A stretch of 60,994 nucleotides of DNA, the filler included, from Sphacelaria rigidula (lineage: Eukaryota), in NCBI GenBank assembly GCA_964200075.2. It is 6 parts of 6 records of this genome, joined end to end, with 100 filler letters (N's around TTAATTAATTAA, not from the genome) between each part and the next. Parts side by side here need not be neighbours in the genome. Positions count along the whole stretch, not along the records: positions 30,551 to 40,632 come from CAXNAA020007184.1; positions 40,733 to 50,813 come from CAXNAA020007185.1; 4 more parts are not named here. One strand, given 5' to 3'. The position numbers and the translations under genes were made by a program. Positions 33,330 through 45,889 of this stretch are shown in pieces (within the stretch, counting starts at the first letter, position 1; each line of letters opens with the position of its first letter). The notes below the pieces were generated by a model, which saw nothing but the letters and a program-made list of their open reading frames with translations, did not search any database and was not told the DNA's origin.

Positions 33330-34728
33330 GATGCTTTTGGCAACTGGTACCGCTCAAAGGTACCTTCCGCTCCCCTCATGGTGGAATGATGAAGGTAGGA
33401 GACAGAGAGACGTGTACCTCTGCATGTCCACGAACACCCTGCAGTATGTTGAGTTAGTTGTTGCGCGTTAGACCGAACACGACCCGACATCACGGGACCG
33501 GGGCATCCATAGATGACATGCATAGAGCTGAGTGTGCGGGACCACAGCAGACCAAATCGGACCCAACCCGAGAAGTGTACGGGACGATTTAACTCGCATC
33601 TGCCCCTACGATGGATATTTGAAAAACGGGTGCCCCAAGCAGTAGTCTATAGCTATGGCGCACCCGATCGATGGCTGGGATATCCGAGTGTTGTCAAGAC
33701 ATTTGAGTACGGCTCACTTGTTCCAGTAGCATCATCAGAGCAGTTCAAGTGTTGAACTCATGATAGATGCAGCAGGTGCCCGATGTCATGCTCCTGCAAG
33801 AAGAAACCCATCATCGTGCTGTGTCTCGTCGTATGAAAGGGTATTGCTGTTGATTACATCCACACGCTTGTCTTTCGAACACTCCTCCCCTACAGTACTT
33901 CTACTCAACCTCAGATAGCCGTTACATCCGGGTGCACTTCCACCGAGAAGCGTTAGGACGACGAAACACATGAAACGATCGCGTCAATCCCGCCAGCTAC
34001 TCTTGATACGAGTTGGTGGTACTACTCTTTTGTATCGACACACTCAACATACGAGCAAAGGTTGGAGTAACGAGAATTTTCTCATCATAGAGCAAGCCTC
34101 ACCTACACACGCCTCGGGGGGTGTGCACATCACGCGCGACGCCCTCGAGGTCCCCATTACCCATCGGCCGATGTGTCACAACTAGTGCTGTCGCTGGCTC
34201 GAATGAACAACCTAACTGGGCGAAATGAGCAAATGTTTGTCATCGAACTCCCGAGACGGGAGCTCGACATTCGTCCCCCCACTTACTCTCTCGCGGCTAT
34301 CCCGTCAAATCGAACTTCACGATTCAAAATTGTTTTGCCTCAAGGAACAGCGAGAGCAAAAAACAACTGTACTCCAAAATATATTCAATGGCAAAACTCC
34401 TTGGCACTGACACGCCTTGGTCCCTCAGCTCTTCATTTTATCTCACAGATCACTCCCCACGTTCCATCCATATACCGCCAGCGGGACTTGAGGATGCTTC
34501 TCCATGCTTACGCCAGGCCACAGCGAAACGCTATCAAACACTCTTCGAAGACAAGACAGTTCAACCGCACTATTCAAAGACTAGGCTTCACAGATCGGCG
34601 GCGATAACAAGCTAATTTCGGCTGCCCCATGCGAACCCAAGTCTGGCTCTGCTCGAGATCGGCAAGTACGCGCTACATCAAGAAAAAAGGCAGACAACAC
34701 ACATACGTCAATGACGCGCTAAATCTTT

Positions 34729-37700
34729 CTAGAACTTGTAGACCATTTCCTCCGTGTATCCCATATCCTTCAAGATGCCACCCACTTCGCCTTGGGTCTT
34801 GTCTTCATTCTTTGGGCCGGACACAGCCTGCGGGGGCACGCGTGAGGAAGAAAATGGAGGCATAATTTGAGATGGTGACTTGCATAACGGCTCCCACACG
34901 AAAACATTGCACCACAACCAAACCCATCATGCTTGAGCGCCGTGGTATGGGAGGGAACAGGCGTAAGGAAAAGGATAGGTGAATACAGTAACGCGTGCGT
35001 GTGCGATCTGCATCGGCCATTCACAGCAGCGAGTGGCATGACGGTGAGATGAAGCCGCGGCAAGTACTTGGAAATGATATATGACGGAACGCGTTCGACG
35101 CCACCATCGTTCCCGAAGCAAAACTCGACACCTTCGCCACTGGCGGGGCCCAGTAGTGAAATGGAGTTGGCTTCCCGTTGTCGATCAGAACGCATGACTT
35201 CTCAAGGGCTATTTGGGTCTTACCCTCTCGCATAATTCGGTCAACTAATCCGCTGTTGTGTTTCGGTCTTCCAGTTTAAACTAAAGTATTCGTGACGCCT
35301 CGGCGGGGTTTCCGCTCCAAGATAACCCCCTTTTGAACACGACGCATACTGTGTGAAGGAAACGCATGAAGAGACGGTGACCTATCCTTCAGAACTGAGT
35401 TTCTGTTTGTGGGAATCCAAACGGCCTCAGTAACAACAAGTGCCCTCGAAAATGTACCGATTTTTGTGAACAACGAATAACGGTTTCTGATACATATATC
35501 TCATCAAATCCAGCGACGTTTCGTCAAAATGTACACCCATGCACGCGGAAACACAGGCACAAAGAACCGAGCACCAAGAGGAACTCGACGGGTTATGCTG
35601 CGGGGCGGGCGGGAACAGGCAATCGGACATGAACTCGACACCTGCTGCAACTCGAAAAAACAAAAAGAGAGGGCAAGACGAGAGTTCGAGGGGGAAGGGC
35701 TCACGTTCATCATTCCCGGGGGGCCGCAGATGAAGACGATGCCATCGGTTGTCGGTTTGGGCATGTACTTTTCCACCAAGGCGGGGTTCACGTATCCCGT
35801 CGCTCCAGTCCACTTGCCGTCTGGGTCTTTGTCCACCTGCAGACACACGTGGAAGAAGGAAAACATGAAAATAAAAACAAGGGTAGATCACGAACCGATC
35901 GCTCCGGTGGCTCGGTTGGTGACCTCGAAACCTTCTGACGTTTGGGTCGTGGGTCCGAATCTCGAAGCGATCTGGAATTTTTCGTCACACACTGCCCAAC
36001 AGTGGGGTGCGACGATGTCGTGGGTACACAAAGTTTGACTGAATGGTCGACGAGGGAAAGGGCTACTGAACCCCTCTCGCGAACAAAATGAAGGCAAGCA
36101 CCGCGGAAGGAAGGTGGAGAACTAAAACGAACCAGACGAGAAAACTCCGGCTGGTGTCCCCACGTACACCGAAAGGTGTAGACCGGCGTCCAGAATAGAT
36201 GCGGCGACAACACGTGAGCGTGATCTATTTGATCAACACTTGGATGTACGAAAGAAAATACGCACATATGCCGCAAATCGATCGCGCTGTCAGGATGTAA
36301 TACAGAGGCACAGAAACCTACATCAAATGCAAGGGGTGTACAGGAAACGGCCAGGTAAGGAGTGGGCACACAAACTTCGTTGCACACTACTACTGGAGCT
36401 CCCTCCGTTTCGTGAAGGCGCGGCCTCAAAAGTTCATTTTACACAGCAGCGGATCCTCACTAAAAAAATATACTAGGACTTTCCATGGAGTCATACTCCG
36501 ACGGTGACTGTACGGAAACTCAAAAATCAGTTTTTTCAACCCATCCGCCATCCATACTTCCACCATCACATAGCGCGCCGGACGGGATTTGCAGTATGCA
36601 AGTCCAAGAGACAACAATTTTCGCCCGAACAACCACGTGATCATTGCTTGAAGTCCAACGTACAGTGACTTATTTGAGATGTCTCCGTTTAGATAGCTCT
36701 GTGGGATAAGCGTGAAGGATCGAAAATACTCAGCTCGTTGGTTTTGAATCCAATTCGAAGCGAAGTCAAATTCTTCCCGTCACAAAGCAAATTGATCGTC
36801 ACGTACCAGGTATACAACACTCAAGTTGTCGTGCTCAGCCTCCAGCTTGTCGATCTCATCCTTGAGCATGATGTCGCTGGGCGTCTGGTTGGCAAACACT
36901 AGGGTTACCTTGGTTTTGTCCTCAGGGTTGTACAAAATTTCCTGGAGCACCTGCAGCATCGGCGTGATCCCTACAATATATTTCCATTCGGGTTTGTGCC
37001 GAACAGCGTGCGATCGAGAGCAAGAAAAAAAAAATAGCGGTAGCGAGTCGACAGATACAGAAGGACAGGAGAAAAGAGGAGATCAAGTAACTTTTCTCAT
37101 ATTCGTCGGAGCATTCTTTTGTAATCAGTTGACATAATAAAACACAATCATTCGGGTGACCACCTTTCAGCCCTCTGGTCCTTCAGTCGCCCGGTTATCC
37201 CGTGTCACGTGAGGGCAAAAATAAATAAATAGGCGACAGACACCAGCACACTGACTCGGCAGGGGGCACACGGGCGACAGAAACTTCAGACAGAACTATA
37301 CCGGTTTACGACAAAAATAAACGGGACGAGAATATAGTACCCACACAAAGACAGTGCACAGATGTAGATGGAATGGAACATGAGGTACAGATGAAAACAT
37401 CATTCACGTCAAACAATAAGAGCAGAGAGCGGCAGGACATTACTCACCGGTGCCGCCAGCAATCATGCCGATCTCCTTTTTCACGTTGGGCTTGTAGTCG
37501 AACTTCGGAAATGGACCCTTGACCTGATCGACAACCACCGTCATGAATCATGGACTAAAATCAGTTCTTGTATCCCTCCTCGGCTCGGAGTCTGTCCTCC
37601 CAGTGCGAAAAACAAGGTAAGAATATCTGCCCCAGAAAAAAACGTCCTATATTTCGGCGCTTCTTGGCTCATCAGGACGACCCAGCGGTGCTATTGTAAA

Positions 37701-39614
37701 AAAAACGTGAATGAGGACAGCTTCACAGCATCTCGTAGGTTGAAAAGAGCTGCAAATTGATGACTCGAATATCATGACCTAGTTTTTTGTAGTAGTACCA
37801 TGCGTTCAAGGCGTCTCGAGTCATGTAAACAGGCTGGTTTCACTACTATACACCTGAAAAAAGTTACTTTCGAGTTTGAAGGAGGAGTGCGCACATGAAC
37901 CATTCAGAGGTTCCTTATTAATTTGCTTTTTCGAGTTCGTGGTTCATCTTGACTGGGGGGGGAGGGAAAAAAACTAGCTTTGGCCGGGGATACAGCAGTA
38001 TCAACGAAAACAATGAAAAACGTTTTCGTGAGATTGAGTAGAGCGCTGATCGAGGGCGACTTCGATCATTCGCTTCAACTGAGCCAGTTTTCCATTCCGT
38101 GTGATTTATTCTTGCCCCCATCACTGGTGTGTGCTTACAGCTACACGTCGATATCCTGCTCAGGGATTTCAGGGGCCTGAGTGGCAAGCTACTACAGAAA
38201 GCATATCGGGCCTCGTGGAGTGGCATTTCGGAACTGGAACGATTCGTTCGCCATTTCACCGCTTTTCACTCTCACTCGTATCCTCTACTTTCAATCTCAC
38301 GGAAACATTTGTCAACAGCGGGTGCATTATCCGACAGGCACAATACTCCCCCCCCCCTCCGTCTCGAAAGGGATGCGTGGTCAATGGTCAAATGACCATG
38401 GCAAGCAACAAATGAGTACGCCCCCCCTCTCCCTCAACAATTTGCATCGCGAAAGGAATGCGAGGTCAGCGGTCAAACGACAGAGACACGCAATAAATGA
38501 GTACGCCCCCCCCTCTTTTCCCACAAAATGTGTTCAACGATATGGCGCGTACGTACCTCTATTTTGTCGCCGACGTTCAAGCTGAACATGTGCGAGGACA
38601 CGTTCCCGTCAGGGTAAACCTTGATCACCAGGTCGAAGTGACCCTGCAATATCGGTCGAACGCGTTGATCAGGACGATAATTCAATCGAAAAGCGGAGAT
38701 ACAACATCAACGACCAGGATAGTTACTCGAAAGCTTTGAATGCGAGGTCACGCGTCAGTATAACATCGCCGAGTAAGCTTCATACCCGGGAAAACGTACA
38801 ACAAAGTAAAAAAAAGTTTACTGCGCGTAGTTTCGAAGAGCCTGTCCATCGTTCTAGGCAATATATCCAACACTGCACCTAGTATACTTCTTCATAATGT
38901 AACGATTGTCAAGGGTGTGCTGGAATAAGCACCTTAACCCCGGTGCTGTAGCCAAGAGGCCTCTCGAGATCGGATATTTGAATGCACCACCTCCATGGCA
39001 GTATACCACATATCTTCGGTGAACCCCCGAACCTACTCCCTACTCATCATGTGATGTGGCGACAAGGTTTACAGCATTCAACACCTTGCACAGTACATGG
39101 ATCAATCTTTGCAGTAGACAAATCATGTACTGCGTCAAGGATGTCGCCCGAGAGTCTCGTACGCCATGGGTTTGGGTTGGGGTTAGAGTTGGCGTTTTTG
39201 TTCGTTTGTTCGGAAAATTCAACCATCGATATACATCTCTTGTCGGCAGACAATAGGCGCAATAGGCCTATACTCAAGCAGTACTGTACACATCCCGTCT
39301 ATTTCAACTGACAACCATACTTTGTTCGTGGTGGATTTCATTGCCGTGTACCTCAGGAACGTCGCTACTGTACTGTACAACCGTGTCTCTGTCGTGACGC
39401 GAACTCGTCGATGCCTACGAACCTTCGTGTCGTTGGTTGTGGTGGGGGTGTACGGTCTGACGGCCACGCTCCCATCCTTGCCCTTGCCCTTGATCACAAT
39501 GCAGGACGCGGTGTGCATGCCCATCACGTCATCCTCCGTTGGCAACGCCATACGGAAGCGTTTGACATTGTGCGTCTTCTGCTCGATCTCTCGGATCGTG
39601 AAGGAGCGGAATTC
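34729..39614 (-). CDS. NADH-cytochrome b5 reductase (FNR-family flavoprotein), missing the first exon(s)
   Basis: Exons 39614-39423, 38643-38557, 37523-37448, 36970-36807, 35836-35705, 34827-34729 (TAG), all phase-compatible. Motifs: RPYTP (FAD binding), [31 protein letters not shown] (NADH binding), CGPPGMM and C-terminal [21 protein letters not shown]. Confidence 0.95.
35895..36213 (+). mobile_element. SINE family A copy in a b5-reductase intron
   Basis: Head CCGATCGCTCCGGTGGCTCGGTTGG...GGGTCCGAATC; body ends GTAGACCGGCGTCCAGAATAGATG. Confidence 0.8.
37643..37679 (-). ncRNA. Candidate minimal hammerhead ribozyme (degenerate)
   Basis: Minus strand CGTC-CTGATGA-GCCAAGAAGCGCC-GAAA-TATA-G-GACG has both core motifs in order, enclosed by complementary flanks. 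Stem II is imperfect. Confidence 0.45.
38300..38520. repeat. Dispersed repeat related to 10540-10655 and 26900-26990 (both reverse orientation)
   Basis: CCGTCTCGAAAGGGATGCGTGGTCAATG and ATGAGTACGCCCCCCC motifs are shared. Confidence 0.6.
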
Positions 39615-40261
39615 CTGATGAAAATCCGTCGACAACATTCGAGACGGGGAAACAGAGTAGTCATCGCAGCTTCAGTCATGTTCAACAGCCGGTGTTCCAT
39701 CTAACTTTCGAGGCTTGCTGGCTTCCCATTTATTTCCCTGTATGTTCATGTATCATCGCTCTGCATTATACTTCCTGTACAACGAGCAGAACTTGGCTTA
39801 TAAGGCAGGCGAGTAAGTAGTACTACCGAAAAAATTCTCCTCTTTGAAGGCACCCCCTACGCTCGGGTATTCGACACTTTTTCTTCTTCTCACAGTGTTC
39901 AGTTCCACGTAGCAAATGATGAAAACTCGACGGCATCAAAGAGGAGAGTTGAACCTTCATCCATGAAGGGCTGGAATGTGACCTACTGTATACACCAATC
40001 CCACCACCCTAGGGTCGAAGACCACAAGAGTAGGGCGGCACGTGCACTGCGCCAAGTTGATGGGGAGTTTTAGTGAGTCGGACCCCCACACTGCCTTCAG
40101 CTAAGCTTCCGAACGCTCGAGGGGCCTACACCACATGACCGCGGCGAGGCGGTACAGCCGAGCTATTCATCACTCGGGACACGAACCTGCTCGTGGGGTG
40201 GGCGGTGAGTGAGGTTTACTCCTTTAGAAAACAAGAAAGACGATTTTACCACCCTGGCTAC

Positions 40262-40333
40262 TGTAGTCGAAGGGCTCGAACCTCCGAACCCCCATGCCGG
40301 ACATGGGCCCTATACCAACTTCGCCACATTTCA
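40262..40333 (-). pseudogene. tRNA-derived sequence (pseudo-tRNA or head of a second SINE family)
   Basis: A box TGGCGAAGTTGG, stem CCCAT/ATGGG around GTCCGGC, T arm GGAGG-TTCGAGC-CCTTC. The acceptor stem does not pair. Confidence 0.55.
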
Positions 40334-40632
40334 AAGTTTCATGGCCTCGTGAAAATGACCACATTGTAGTATGTACAGTCCTCCCCGATATTGTCCGCTT
40401 CACCTTGTGTTGATGTAATCACGACGTTCTAGTATAAAATTGCGACCTAACCCTCCCCCAGAAAATCTCGGGAACGCTATACTGAATGCAAGTAGTACCA
40501 TACAGTCAAGCCGTGACCAGACTGCATTTGGAAACCTGGGAAGGCTTACCTGAGCTAGGGATAGGGGTTCCACATGATCTTTGCAGTGGCATCACACTCG
40601 ACAACAATCCCCGCGGTGGTCGTTCGGGTCTG

Positions 40633-40732
40633 NNNNNNNNNNNNNNNNNNNNNNNNNNNNNNNNNNNNNNNNNNNNTTAATTAATTAANNNNNNNNNNNN
40701 NNNNNNNNNNNNNNNNNNNNNNNNNNNNNNNN
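40633..40732. other. Artificial contig linker
   Basis: Same 100-nt spacer. Confidence 0.97.
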
Positions 40733-42069
40733 AAAGGTGTTTCATCCCTCTGGAATGGACATCAACGAATCTTCTGGAGGGCATCTGATGCTCCAGTGAA
40801 TACTCCTCGAGTTTCCCGAATCAGTCCGATATATACATGACCATATCGCTGCTGCTGTGAAATGCATACCCCAGCAACCTTGTGGTGCTTTATCACCCCC
40901 ACGTTCACAGATCGAACCATGCAAACCCCGCGCACAACACTTATTCCCAGCTACCACCACAACCCCGCAGGAAAGGGCACGGGTTGGGCACAGGCGCGGC
41001 GGCGGCACCACGCGGGGTACATAGGGTGCGGGGAATGACCGCGGCTTACTGCCTACACACTCGAGTAATCATGGACAGGGCAGCCATAGACAAAGCTGCG
41101 CACGCTGTTAAGTCATTTGCACGTCTCACTGTGAACAGAAGACATATATAGTCCTGCGCTGTTTGTACTGTATACTTTGTCCGCTTCCCTTTCACGTCCT
41201 ACCGACGGCAGTTGATTGCATGCTGCAAGAACACGCGCGGCGGTCTATATACTGCAGTAGCCGACAGTATATAACACCCCCATGTACGCAAAGTTACGGG
41301 CATCCACTTTGTAAAGCCATACGTAGCCCATATGCCACGCTATAACTCTGCAGTATATTGTACCGTGCATGTGTAAGCACGATATATCGTAATGTTGTCC
41401 TGTACGGTATTGTACGCAGTCCAGTATATACAGCACCAAACCGCGCGTGCTTCTTCTTGTTATTGTCATATCAAAGTACATGAATGAAAAACATCTTTTG
41501 CTGTTTATGTTTGATTCGTAGACCACGGACTACGGGGTTTTGAAAACCTGTATGGATACAAAAGCAAGATATGCCCCCTTCCTCGATCATATACCCACCG
41601 GCTAATGCTGCACAGCACGGCCGTGTGAACGTACACTCGTATGTGGGACTTGAACGGCAGAGGCTGCTCATAAACAAGTCTTTCCTTTGCTCAATCACAG
41701 GATGAATTGATGGGCAAAAGGAAGATTTGTCTCGAACAGCTTTTGCTTTACAAATTCCACCTACCAGTGTATATTTAGGATTTGTACAGCCTGTGCTGTT
41801 CGAAATAAATCATTCTGCCCGACGTCGGGTATGAAGGATTTCTCTCGAACAGCAGAGGTTGTCCAAATTGCATTTTCCATAGCATGCGCGTGCTTCAAAA
41901 ACAATCCAGAGGATTTCGACACAGACGTTCGAGGGAGACCCCAACCTTGAAAACCCTCTAGAGGATTACAAATGCTCAATATCCCCTAGAGGGTATTTTA
42001 AAAACGGACGCTAGGGAAGGTTTCGTTTTACAAAATTCTCTACAGGTAGCCGAATGGCCGCGTGTGTAC

Positions 42070-42260
42070 ACTTCATCTTGATTTCAGACTACATCCTTGA
42101 CAGGGAGAAATCATGCGTCAAGGTAACGCTGTTCCTTTCGGACGCCACATACACCTCCGCACCAGTGAGACATTTGGGGGTTGATCCTCATTTCCACGTG
42201 CTTTTCAAGCCGACCCTCAAAACTTGCAGAAGAAATAATCGTTCATTGTCCGATTTTCCC
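42070..42260. repeat. Dispersed direct repeat, second copy at ~45707-45890
   Basis: Shared CATCCTTGACA.GGAGAAATC and GTGCTTTTCAAGCCGACCCTCA...TGCAGAAGAAA. Confidence 0.75.
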
Positions 42261-43512
42261 TGCTGAGCGCGGGACGTGCCCTGGAAAGGGCTATAACCCA
42301 GCGGGTGTATTTGGGCTCGAAGCACACAACTCAAAAACAGCGAAGACGCTCCGGTCTTGTAGTTGGTGTGAAAATAATATCAAGAGTCCACCGTTAAAAT
42401 GAATCATCACGACTACGAATCACCAAATCCACGATTTCTTTGGCCTGATTGCGCAAAACGGAGGAAAAAATTGACCGCTGGTCCAAGGGATATCCACGCA
42501 ACTTTTGCGCCATTCCACGTGTCTGGGCTGCGTGTTCCTGGGTTGCAACGCTGAAAACAAAGACTAGGGATTGATTTGTACGATTCGAATCAATTGTACT
42601 AAAACCAAGTGATTTCCAGACGACTCGTTATTTATCCGACTCTTGCAAGAGTCGTTCGTTTGTTTTTCGCCTGCAGGAAGGATATTATGGTCAATACTTC
42701 TCTCCTATGCGTTCGTCGAGCAGGAGCACACTCAAAAGTACATACTCTGCTCGACCTGCCCTTGAACTTTACCCTAACGTCCGCGAAGCAGAAAAAATAT
42801 ATATGAGCACCCGGACGCATCGTCGACACCTGTGCAACCTAGGATTATGGCAAAAATACTTGTGGCTGGTCAGTGCCGCGTGACCATCCCGACCGTGATG
42901 ACATGGATCACACTTTCAATGCAGAGCCAAAACAACCAACGCAGAGTACAGGAGTTCAGCAACATGCTGCTGTACTCTCCCAGGGTCCTTCTCATCGAAC
43001 CGCATTTCCCCCCTCTTTTTTCAAATCCTCTTATAAAAACGACCGCTGCTTGGTCGGACCCATTTTGGGGGGTAGCCAAATGGCCGCGTGTGCCCTGAGC
43101 GGGTCCAAAAAGTAGAAGGATACAGTAGTACATACGTGTGCGGCATTTTGTTTCCTCGTGCACCCCTGCGTCGATCATGATCATTTGTTGGTTCGATCAA
43201 GTTAAATCAGCGCCTTTCCGACTTTTTTTTTTTTTTAAACGATAGCTGAGTGGTCGCTGCGATACCACCCGCCACCCCAAAAACAAATCCCCAAAACGTG
43301 TCCAGAAATCTCTTCTTCAGAAAAGACCTCATGAAGCGCAAAAAAAGCACTTCCTGAAACCCTCTTTTGACGTTGAATTTGCGGACACCTTAACGGGAAA
43401 CATATTTATGTCTGGTCGACAGGGGCGCACGTGCAAGGGCGTACCACACAACCCAATACAACCAGAGCTATTCCAAGGAGTAACAACACGATTTAGTTTG
43501 TTTTACATAAAA

Positions 43513-43632
43513 AAAAACTCCTGTGTTGACCTTCCTCCTGCGTGACCCCGACTGATGCGCTCACTTATACCGAAAAGTGTAGACCGGCGTCCAGAATAGA
43601 TGGGACAGCAACACACAAACACACAACACACA
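43513..43632 (+). mobile_element. SINE family A 3' fragment
   Basis: GTGACCCCGACTGATGCG...GTAGACCGGCGTCCAGAATAGATGGGAC followed by a degenerate (CA)n tail. Confidence 0.75.
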
Positions 43633-45149
43633 TGCAGACGGTAAAGTTTTTTCGTTCAAGGCTTCGGAAACCACAACGCTGCAATCACCACATTTTTTGT
43701 ATTGAAAATCGCTTTCCGTCGGAAGCGATGATGAAATCATAACCACGGGTCTCAAAATAGGAAGCGATGATGAAGCATGATGGAACATACGTATCGATGG
43801 TACATGCAGTACACAATTGCCAGCCATAAAGAAGAAACCACACCACGCCACGGGCCAAGAGTGTAGCGTCGATAAGTAGTGACACATGGTGGGAAAATGA
43901 GCGATGACGCGGGCGCAGGAAGGGCTGTAGTGAGGGACCCCACCTCCAGGCGCAACGCTATAACCAGGTGTTTGGTGAATACCACCCGTGACAGTGAAGA
44001 AAATCGCGCTCATCTTGGGACAGTGCGATGCGAGCTGCAGAGTCTGTCAGCAATGTGTGCAGTGCGAACAACCGGTGAGAAGTTTCGTATTGGATTTACT
44101 GTCCGTCTTGGCAGCGTGTAGCGAAGTTGGGCTCATATTATATCGTCTCTTGTGTGCGTGGAGTGTTGTCGGTGTATGATGCACTTGATGGTCACAGCGA
44201 ACAGTACATGTCACGTTCTCTACAGCAGTACAGCCAGTAAGTATCGCGTAGTGCCGACACAGAAGTGACTTTGAACTTCTCCCATAGATGATTACTCCGC
44301 AGTCGGAGAGGGGTGTGGAGATAGCAACGTAATAAAAGAAGCATGCTATTCGATCAAGAGCTCACCCGAGCAAACAGGCAGACACCCACATAACAATCAC
44401 AACAAACAGAAGCGTAAGTTACAGTCGCCATACCCTTTTGGACTTCATGATCTGTGTCGCGGTAAACACTGAATCGCACGTGCTCTTTTTCAATTTGTTG
44501 AGAGAGCCAAGCAGGAGGTGATGCTGCTGCAAGGCACAATCGACCGTTGCAATATTTGACTGGCAAAAACCTGTAATACCGTTTGATGTATGTTCCCACG
44601 GTATGGTGAACGACATGACCAAGAAACAGCAGATATAATACAGTCTTCATGAGATGTTGTTATGTTGTTCTGTTGAAGCAAACACGACGCGGTTGATGAT
44701 GCGTGGGTGATGCTCCTGAGTGGTGCTGTACAGGAAATACAGTGTACGTGCCGTACTCCAAAGTATAGTGCTACTCTTGTACATACAGGTTTGAGACGAC
44801 GATTCCGTGGAAGGAGCTAAAACAGTGTACATGCTGTACTCTATAGTATAGTGCTGCTCTTGCTTCCTCTCTCAGTCGAACACTGGATTACTGTGCACGG
44901 GTGCATTTCGTCGTATTGGTGCTGTACAGACGACGGGGTTTGCAAATTCCATGGGGATTATCTTTATGTTTCGACCTGGTTCCGCAGGACGTGAGAGAAG
45001 AGTGACAATTTTGCCCTCTTCAGTCTTAGTCCGGTACAAACTACTGTTCCGAAAAGGATCATTTGTGTCTCTGCTACAGTATAGGTAAACCGGACACCCC
45101 CGTACTCGTTGGCAGTGTGGGAGCCAGCGACATTACGCTATTAATAAAT

Positions 45150-45198
45150 AAGATAATAATAGTAATAATAATGATGATAATAATAATGATAATAATAA
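45150..45198. repeat. (AAT)n microsatellite
   Basis: Direct reading. Confidence 0.9.
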
Positions 45199-45382
45199 CT
45201 AGTGGTAAGCCACGGCTGACGCACGTGGCAGCACCGCCGCAGGTACCAACGCCGCGGTTCTCGCACGCGTGGTGGTTTTGAACAATATTGCGAAAAGCGA
45301 AAATGACGATAACCACAAGTTTTAAGTACAAAGTATAAGCAAATAAGGACTTCCAGCCCCACGGCTAAGATGGTGAGCGTTC

Positions 45383-45603
45383 CACACGCGGCCATTTGGC
45401 TACCCCCCCGAAATTCCTCCAGGCCGGTCAACGTTTCCAGCCTCCGAAGGGAGTGAAAACCTCCAAAGGGGTGCGCGACTCTCCAGAGGAGTATTCTTTA
45501 GTTTCCTCCAGAGGGATTTAACGTCTCCGGAGGCTTGTTCTTGCCTCCGAAGCGCCGTGCGTCCCCCAGACGATTTTGAGGGGTAGCCAAATGTCCGCGT
45601 GTG
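45383..45603. mobile_element. MITE with CACACGCGGCCATTTGGCTACCCC TIRs
   Basis: Left CACACGCGGCCATTTGGCTACCCC, right GGGGTAGCCAAATGTCCGCGTGTG followed by TA. Solo right ends at ~42046-42067 and ~43068-43092. Confidence 0.75.
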
Positions 45604-45889
45604 TAGGGGTGCTGAACGGGGGGGAATTGCTAGCCTCCGAAAAGTGTCCGGGCTGTTCGGCGACATTTTACGAACCATCGTCCCTTTTCCTTCGTTTTTT
45701 GGGATACACTTGATTTAAGACTGCATCCTTGACATGGAGAAATCGTGCGCTAATGTAACGCTTTTTCTATTTAAACGCCACATGCACTTTCACACCACTG
45801 ACACATTCCGAGGTGGATACTTATTTTCAAGTGCTTTTCAAGCCGACCCTCATGACCTGCAGAAGAAACAGGACATTGTGCGACTTTCA

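Noticed and set aside
40549..40632. First exon of the b5 reductase (strong CAG|GTAAGC donor)
   Set aside because: The required phase-0 frame hits a stop 14 codons upstream, with no ATG or clear acceptor.
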